A stretch of DNA of 64,000 bases from an uncultured Candidatus Binatia bacterium. Lineage in GTDB: Bacteria; Desulfobacterota; Binatia; UBA9968; JAJDTQ01. Each line of letters opens with the position of its first letter. Position 1 is the stretch's first letter. Position numbers and translations under genes: made by a program. The stretch is taken from assembly GCA_965215605.1 (NCBI GenBank), contig OZ244070.1, forward strand, positions 3,872,001-3,936,000, read 5' to 3'. Below the pieces are notes generated by a model. The model ran no database searches. It worked only from the letters and a program-made list of their open reading frames with translations, and was not told where the DNA came from. This document shows positions 57,122-64,000 of the stretch, in pieces.

Positions 57122-58459
57122 CTAGATGCCGCCGAGAAACCGCCCCGGCGACAGGACACCCGTGGGGTCCAGCGCCCGCTTGATGCTCTTCATCAGCTCC
57201 AGGCCCTCGGGGAGGACGCCCCATAGGTCCAGGGCGGGCTTGAGGTCCGGAGAAGCCCGCTCCACCACCAGGGTGCCGCCCAGCCCCGTGGCTTCCCCCC
57301 GCAACCGGTCGACGGCCGCCACGGCCCACCCCCTGACGTCCGAGTCGTCCGGCGGCGACATGCGCAGGTGGATGATGCCGTTGCCGGCATGGGCCTGCAC
57401 CGCCATGGTCGATCCGTTTCGCGCACCCTCGTCCTCCAGCGCCGTGATGAAGGCCGCCAACCTGGCTGGCAGGACACTGACCTTGAGGCCGAGAACCGGC
57501 TCTCCCAGGGCGGGAGCATCCCTCAACTCCGCAACCACCGCGCCGCCCTCCTCGTCCGAAAGCTCCTCCAGGCGGTCATCGCCTCCCACCAGGGACGACA
57601 ATGTCGCTGCCTGATCGGCCACGTCCTCCTTGGCGCCGGCGAGCCCCACCATGACAACGCAGCCCGGCACGGAGGCCGGGAGGCGCGCCACCAGCTCGAT
57701 GAACGACGGCTCCAGCGGCGCCGTCAGGACCCGATCCAACAGCCTCTCCGCACCCGCCATATCGCCGCGGGCGATCCGCACCACCGCCCTCGCCTCGGGC
57801 AGCGTGCGCAGCTTGAAGGTGGCCTCGACGATCACCCCCAGAGTGCCCAGCGCGCCGCAATAGAGCTTGCCCAGGTCATAGCCGGCGACATTCTTGACGA
57901 CCCGGCCTCCGCTCTTGGCGAGGGACCCGTCCGCCCTTACCACCGTGATGCCGATGAGGAGGTCGCGGACCGTTCCCTGGGAGAACCGGGACGGGCCGCT
58001 CAGGTCCGCGCTGATGAGACCGCCCACGCTGGTGCGGTCCGGAAGCGGTGGTTCCACGGGCAGCCACTGACCGGCGACGGCCACCGCCGCCTGGAGCCCG
58101 TGGAGGTCGGCGCCGGCCTCCGCGGTCAGGGTCATGTTAGCGGGCTGGTGGTCCACCAGCGCGTTCAGCGACGCAAGGGAGAGCGCCAGGAACGGCCGCC
58201 GCGACGGCGCCCCCAGCCCCAAGTGCGCGCCAAACCCCGCCGGCACCACCGCCACGCCCCGGGCGGCCGCGGACTCCATGACCCGCTGGACCTGCGCGAC
58301 CGACCCCGGAAAGACCACCCGGGCCGGCCGCACGCCGTCCAGGGCGAACCGCGCGAGGTCGGCATCCGTCCCCGCCCGAGGCGCGTCCTGGGAGTTCCGC
58401 AGGTCGTGATCCAACCCGGCCCAATCGGGCGCCGGTTCGGTGAGGGATTCGTGGTTCAT
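57122..58459 (-). CDS. glcE: glycolate oxidase FAD-binding subunit GlcE
   Basis: GGRVVKNVAGYDLGKL, GTLGVI, IKRALDP; between glcD and glcF. Confidence 0.88.
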   Translation of the reverse strand: MNHESLTEPAPDWAGLDHDLRNSQDAPRAGTDADLARFALDGVRPARVVFPGSVAQVQRVMESAAARGVAVVPAGFGAHLGLGAPSRRPFLALSLASLNALVDHQPANMTLTAEAGADLHGLQAAVAVAGQWLPVEPPLPDRTSVGGLISADLSGPSRFSQGTVRDLLIGITVVRADGSLAKSGGRVVKNVAGYDLGKLYCGALGTLGVIVEATFKLRTLPEARAVVRIARGDMAGAERLLDRVLTAPLEPSFIELVARLPASVPGCVVMVGLAGAKEDVADQAATLSSLVGGDDRLEELSDEEGGAVVAELRDAPALGEPVLGLKVSVLPARLAAFITALEDEGARNGSTMAVQAHAGNGIIHLRMSPPDDSDVRGWAVAAVDRLRGEATGLGGTLVVERASPDLKPALDLWGVLPEGLELMKSIKRALDPTGVLSPGRFLGGI

Positions 58460-58485
58460 TGCGACCGCGTCACGGTCCGGCCGGC

Positions 58486-59913
<1,428 letters not shown>

Positions 59914-59968
59914 AGAGGCGCCCCGTTTCGGAGCGGATGCCTGCGTGGGAAGTACCGGACTACGGACG

Positions 59969-60472
59969 TCAGCCGCCGTAGAAGACCTTCTCCCCCAGGT
60001 CCTTCATGATGAGGGTGGCGTCGTCGGCGCGTCCCTCGATCTCGCCCCGCACGCCCGCTTCCACCACCTCGCCGATGAAGACCGAGTGGTCGCCCTTCTC
60101 CACCGTTTCCACGAGTTTGCACTCGACATAGGCCGGCGTGCCGGCCAGCACCGGAGCCCCGGTCGCCCCGGCGGTGAACGCCTCGCCGCCGATGGTGTCG
60201 CCTTCCCGTTCCAGCGACTTGAAGAAGGCGAAGGCCTGGCCCTGCTGCCCCTTGCCCAGCACGTTCAGGGCAAACGCGCCCGACTCCTTGATGATATCAT
60301 GCGCACCCGAGTCCGCCTTGACTCCCACCACCACCAGAGGGGGCGCGAAGGAAGCCTGTGTCACCCAGTTCACGGTGGCCGCGGCCACCCGGCCGTCCTT
60401 GGCCTCACTGGTCAGAACGTAGAGTCCGTAGGGGATCATGCGAAGAGCGGTCTTCTTGGCATCGGCGTCCAT
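59969..60472 (-). CDS. flavin reductase family protein
   Basis: IPYGLYVLT, QASFAPP, FALNVL, GDHSVFIGEV. Confidence 0.9.
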   Translation of the reverse strand: MDADAKKTALRMIPYGLYVLTSEAKDGRVAAATVNWVTQASFAPPLVVVGVKADSGAHDIIKESGAFALNVLGKGQQGQAFAFFKSLEREGDTIGGEAFTAGATGAPVLAGTPAYVECKLVETVEKGDHSVFIGEVVEAGVRGEIEGRADDATLIMKDLGEKVFYGG

Positions 60473-60531
60473 TCATTCCTCCTTGAATCTCGTTGAAATG
60501 CCCGCTCCGCCGCCATGCCAGCGCGGGCCGT

Positions 60532-60573
60532 GGAATTGACCGAGAAAGTAACAATTCCGGGCGAGGGCGTAAA
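60532..60573 (-). promoter_or_regulatory. promoter with operator-like inverted repeat upstream of the flavin reductase
   Basis: Minus TTTACG-N17-TACTTT with TG; GGAATTG-N13-CAATTCC (60532-60558) spans the -10. Confidence 0.45.
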
Positions 60574-60658
60574 GGTATAAACCCTGTTGCTTGATAAGGG
60601 CAGCAGCCGTCCGATTCTCCAGAGAGGAATCCTTCGTATCCAGTTTCCCACCATCGAG

Positions 60659-60708
60659 TTGACAATCCAATATGTAAGATTGACAATAGGCGGCTAAAGT
60701 GTTGACAA
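60659..60708 (+). repeat. three phased TTGACAA direct repeats
   Basis: TTGACAA at 60659, 60680 and 60702 (21 and 22 bp spacing), just before the RBS of 60722. Confidence 0.7.
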
Positions 60709-60721
60709 CGGAGGGGCAGTC

Positions 60722-61768
60722 GTGGCCGGAATACGGGAAAGAGGTCGAACGATTCGTGACTACATCGTTGCGCACGTCCGCGCCCATCCCTACGACATCG
60801 CACAAATTTGTGCCGATCATTTCAACATCTCGCGCCAAGCCGCCAACAAGCACCTCGGGCGTCTTGTCGCCGACGGCCTCTTGACCGCGCAAGGTGCGAC
60901 ACGCAGTCGCCGTTACTCGCTAACCGCGCTGGACGAAAAGAAGATCGTGGTTCAACTCACGGAGGGGACCGACGAGGATGCCGTCTGGCGGAGGGAAGTA
61001 GCGCCGCTCTTGGCCCCTATACCCCAAGACGCCCGCGAGATTTGGCAATACGGCTTCACGGAAATGCTGAACAACGCAATTGACCATTCATCAGGGACCT
61101 GTGTGAGCATCATGGTCGCACGCACGGCGGTCGATGTGAACCTCACGCTGCTGGACAATGGAGAAGGCATTTTCCGCAAGATTGCCAAGGAACTGCGGCT
61201 CGACGACGAACGGCATGCAGTCCTCGAACTGGCAAAGGGAAAGTTGACCACCGATCCGGAGAACCATACCGGTGAAGGCATCTTCTTCACTTCACGCCTG
61301 TTCGACGAGTTCAATCTGCTATCTCGAAATGTCTTCTTCTCACACGACAGTGCTACTCGGGTGGATTGGATTCAAGAAAGCAGGGCGGTATCCGGCGGCG
61401 CAGAATTTCCGGGCACATTGGTTGTCCTGCAACTGAACAACGATACCACCAGGAGCACCAAACAAGTGTTTGACGAGTATACGGAGGATGGGGACTACGG
61501 ATTCTCCAAAACCGTCGTCCCTGTCAGTTTGGTCCGATACGGCGACGAAGCCGTGATATCGCGTTCCCAAGCCAAGCGGCTGCTGGCGCGATTCGACCGC
61601 TTCAAGAAAGTGATCCTGGATTTTGAAGGTGTGGAGCAAATTGGACAGGCCTTCGCTGACGAAGTGTTTCGCGTGTTCGCCAGAGCCCATCCCAATGTCG
61701 CGATCGTTCCGTTCAATACGAAACCGGACGTGGACGCCATGATACGCCGCGCCCGCAACACGACCTGA
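60722..61768 (+). CDS. HTH + HATPase + STAS-like (DUF4325) protein
   Basis: ISRQAANKHL HTH; EMLNNAIDHS, DNGEGI, GEGIFF (GHKL boxes); VILDFEGV..IGQAFADE. Confidence 0.85.
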   Translation: MAGIRERGRTIRDYIVAHVRAHPYDIAQICADHFNISRQAANKHLGRLVADGLLTAQGATRSRRYSLTALDEKKIVVQLTEGTDEDAVWRREVAPLLAPIPQDAREIWQYGFTEMLNNAIDHSSGTCVSIMVARTAVDVNLTLLDNGEGIFRKIAKELRLDDERHAVLELAKGKLTTDPENHTGEGIFFTSRLFDEFNLLSRNVFFSHDSATRVDWIQESRAVSGGAEFPGTLVVLQLNNDTTRSTKQVFDEYTEDGDYGFSKTVVPVSLVRYGDEAVISRSQAKRLLARFDRFKKVILDFEGVEQIGQAFADEVFRVFARAHPNVAIVPFNTKPDVDAMIRRARNTT

Positions 61769-61881
61769 AACAGTGTGGACTCTGCCGATGCGAACTCTCG
61801 CAGGCAAGGGCGAAGTGTCCGTGCCAATGTCGAGATGTTTCTGGTAAATTCGAATTCAAGGACACGACCCGAGCTGAATCC

Positions 61882-62838
61882 ATGCCACCCAAGGTTCACA
61901 TAGACGGCCACGTGGGCACCACGGGGTTGCGTATTCGTGACTGGCTCGCGGGACGCCCGGACATCGAGGTGTCCACGCTGCACGAGGACCGGCGGAAGGA
62001 CGACCGGGCGCGGCGCGCGGCCATCGAGGCATCGGACCTGACGGTACTGTGTCTGCCGGACGACGCCGCCCGGGAAGCGGCGGGGTGGGCCGGCGAATGC
62101 GGGACGCGTGTCATCGACGCCAGCACCGCCCATCGGGTAGCGGAGGGGTGGGTCTACGGGCTGCCGGAACTCGACGGGACGCAACGAGACGCCATCGGCG
62201 AGGCCCGTTTCGTGGCCAACCCCGGCTGTTACCCCTCGGCCTTCATCCTGTTGACCCGGCCGCTGGTGGACGAGGGGTTGCTGCCTCACGATACGCCGGT
62301 GTCCATCCATGCCCTGTCGGGCTATTCCGGCGGCGGACGCGGATTGATCGACAAATGGGAGAGCCCGGAGCAGGGCTTAAGCTCGCTGCCCTTCGAGGCG
62401 CCCTATGCCTTGGGCGCCAGGCACAAGCACATCCCGGAGATGATGGCCTACAGCGGCCTCAGCACGGAGCCGCACTTCGTGCCGGCGGTGGGGCCGTTCC
62501 GCTGCGGCATGCGGGTGGAGGTGCCGATCCCTCTGGGCATGCTGCCCATGGGGGGGACCAGCTCGGCGATCCTGGAGTGCCTGCGGGAACGCTACGACGG
62601 CGAGCCCTTCGTCCGGGTCGTCCATCATCCGGACCCGCGCGAAGCCCACGAGCGCAGCTTCGACCCGCGGGCTTGCAACGACACCAACTGCATGGAGTTG
62701 CATGTGGTGCCGCACCCTTCGGGTCACACCCTTCTGGTGGCCCTTCTCGACAACCTGGGCAAGGGCGCCAGCGGCGTCGCCATCCAGAACCTGAACCTGA
62801 TGCTCGGCCTTCCGGAGACCGCGCACCTGCCGGACTGA
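61882..62838 (+). CDS. argC: N-acetyl-gamma-glutamyl-phosphate reductase (type 2)
   Basis: IDGHVGTTGL, IDASTAHR, ANPGCYP, SGYSGGG, DNLGKGASG. Confidence 0.95.
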   Translation: MPPKVHIDGHVGTTGLRIRDWLAGRPDIEVSTLHEDRRKDDRARRAAIEASDLTVLCLPDDAAREAAGWAGECGTRVIDASTAHRVAEGWVYGLPELDGTQRDAIGEARFVANPGCYPSAFILLTRPLVDEGLLPHDTPVSIHALSGYSGGGRGLIDKWESPEQGLSSLPFEAPYALGARHKHIPEMMAYSGLSTEPHFVPAVGPFRCGMRVEVPIPLGMLPMGGTSSAILECLRERYDGEPFVRVVHHPDPREAHERSFDPRACNDTNCMELHVVPHPSGHTLLVALLDNLGKGASGVAIQNLNLMLGLPETAHLPD

Positions 62839-62897
62839 CTCCCGGGGCGAGGCCCCTCACCAAGGTGAAACGTCATGGCCGCGCGGAGCGCGGTCGG

Positions 62898-63641
62898 CTA
62901 TCCCGCCACTCCCTGCCAGATCAACTTGGCCTCCATCACGATGATGAGGGTGACGATGACGCGGTTGAACCACTCCTTGCTGATATAGCGGGTTGTCCGC
63001 AGGCCCAAAGGCAGGAAAATCGCGATGGGGACGAGGGCGAGCACTCCCTGGCCGAGAAGCTGGCGGTCGAACAGGCCGGCGGCAAGGACGAAGAGGAAGT
63101 GCATGGTGGTGAGGCCCAGGAACATCGTCGACGCCGCGAAGATGTAAGCCTCCTTTTCCAGTTGGAACGCGCGCACCCACGCGGCCACCACGGCGCTGGA
63201 TATGCCGGCCGAGCCCTGGGAGACGCCGGCCAGAACGGCGATGAGCGGCGAGAGGACACGACCCGACCGCCCGCTGAAACGGATCTCGATGCGGAAGGCC
63301 AGCAACACCAGGTAGGCGCCCACGCACACCGCCAACGCCAGGGTCAGCATGCGCTCGTTGGCGGTGGCCAGAAACCAGGTGCCGCCGGCCACGCCAAAGG
63401 CCCCCGCCAAGGTGGCAAAGACGAGTCCCGGCACGGTGTGAAACCTGGAGCGGTAGGACCACATGACCCAGAAATTGCTGACCATGTTGGGGATGGTGAT
63501 GACGATGACGGCCTGCTGGGCGCCCAGGAAACCCGCCATGATCGGTACCGCGATGAGCGGCAGGCCCATTCCCGTGGCCCCCTTCGAGAAAGCGCCGGCG
63601 CCGAGGGCGACGAAGATGATCAGCAGGGTTTCGAGGTGCAT
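62898..63641 (-). CDS. TauE/SafE family exporter
   Basis: GAFSKGATGMGLPLIAVP, about 8 TM; ATG at 63641. Confidence 0.88.
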   Translation of the reverse strand: MHLETLLIIFVALGAGAFSKGATGMGLPLIAVPIMAGFLGAQQAVIVITIPNMVSNFWVMWSYRSRFHTVPGLVFATLAGAFGVAGGTWFLATANERMLTLALAVCVGAYLVLLAFRIEIRFSGRSGRVLSPLIAVLAGVSQGSAGISSAVVAAWVRAFQLEKEAYIFAASTMFLGLTTMHFLFVLAAGLFDRQLLGQGVLALVPIAIFLPLGLRTTRYISKEWFNRVIVTLIIVMEAKLIWQGVAG

Positions 63642-63664
63642 GTCAGCAAAGGGGTTGTCAGGAA

Positions 63665-63716
63665 CCGGGCCCCGGGTCAAGCTTGCCCCGGGCTTGACCC
63701 GGGGCCCGGGATGACG
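63665..63716. repeat. composite palindromic intergenic repeat
   Basis: CCGGGCCCGGGTCAAGC...GCTTGACCCGGGGCCCGG followed by GATGACG. Confidence 0.65.
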
Positions 63717-63851
63717 ATGAAAGTCGCCAGGGGTTACCGCTGCACGGCATCCCTTGCACTCGGAACTTCAACCGGAGTAATGTGCGGGCGTGTCAAGGCC
63801 GGGCGCAAACAAGGGCTATGGAACCGAATCGGCAACAAGGAGGATTGGACC

Positions 63852-64000
63852 ATGTTGAACGCTTCGAAGAGTCTACTTCTGTTCCTGTTTCTCGTGCTCC
63901 CATTGACTCTGGCCGCGCCGGCGTTCGCGGCCGACTCCGGAAAGACGCTCCGCTACGCCGCCGGAAGCTTCGGCGAGGAATCCATGGATCCCACCCGCAC
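63852..64000 (+). CDS. secreted substrate-binding protein, probably ABC family 5 (partial, runs off the window)
   Basis: AGGAGG RBS, signal peptide ending APAFA, then KTLRYAAGSFGEESMDP. Confidence 0.65.
   Translation, partial: MLNASKSLLLFLFLVLPLTLAAPAFAADSGKTLRYAAGSFGEESMDPTR

Noticed and set aside
60659-60708. CRISPR array or iterons
   Set aside because: The repeat is only 7 bp in 3 copies, with no cas or rep gene; no CRISPR-like repeat-spacer periodicity was seen anywhere in the window

Overview
GC-rich bacterial chromosome segment. The gene style suggests a Deltaproteobacteria-like lineage such as Binatota; this is an inference only. Housekeeping genes: birA, valS, tRNA-Leu(CAG), a polyprenyl synthase with menG, cysS, prc, ispG, a Dus synthase, maf, glcDEF and argC. 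They are interleaved with paralog-rich catabolic blocks: (i) three tandem ornithine cyclodeaminase/mu-crystallin genes; (ii) a 13-kb co-oriented cluster of UbiD, a xanthine-dehydrogenase-family Mo enzyme (S-L-M), two phytoene-dehydrogenase-like flavoproteins, SDR, a second UbiD, a signal-less NMT1-like protein and SDR; (iii) six amidohydrolase_2 paralogs with two epimerase-type SDRs, a CoA transferase III, an LLM monooxygenase, a metal-free M24-fold protein and an orphan alpha/beta hydrolase. Notable non-obvious signals: a complete sigma54 enhancer architecture (2 palindromes, 2 IHF sites, -24/-12) ahead of a ThrB-like pseudokinase; a 129-bp TGT...ACA MITE; a 142-bp G-U-rich hairpin; an HNH-like pseudogene next to parDE; a triple TTGACAA array ahead of an HTH-HATPase-STAS gene; a likely CTG start codon; and apparently leaderless genes. 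No CRISPR array, rRNA, transposase or integrase was seen.
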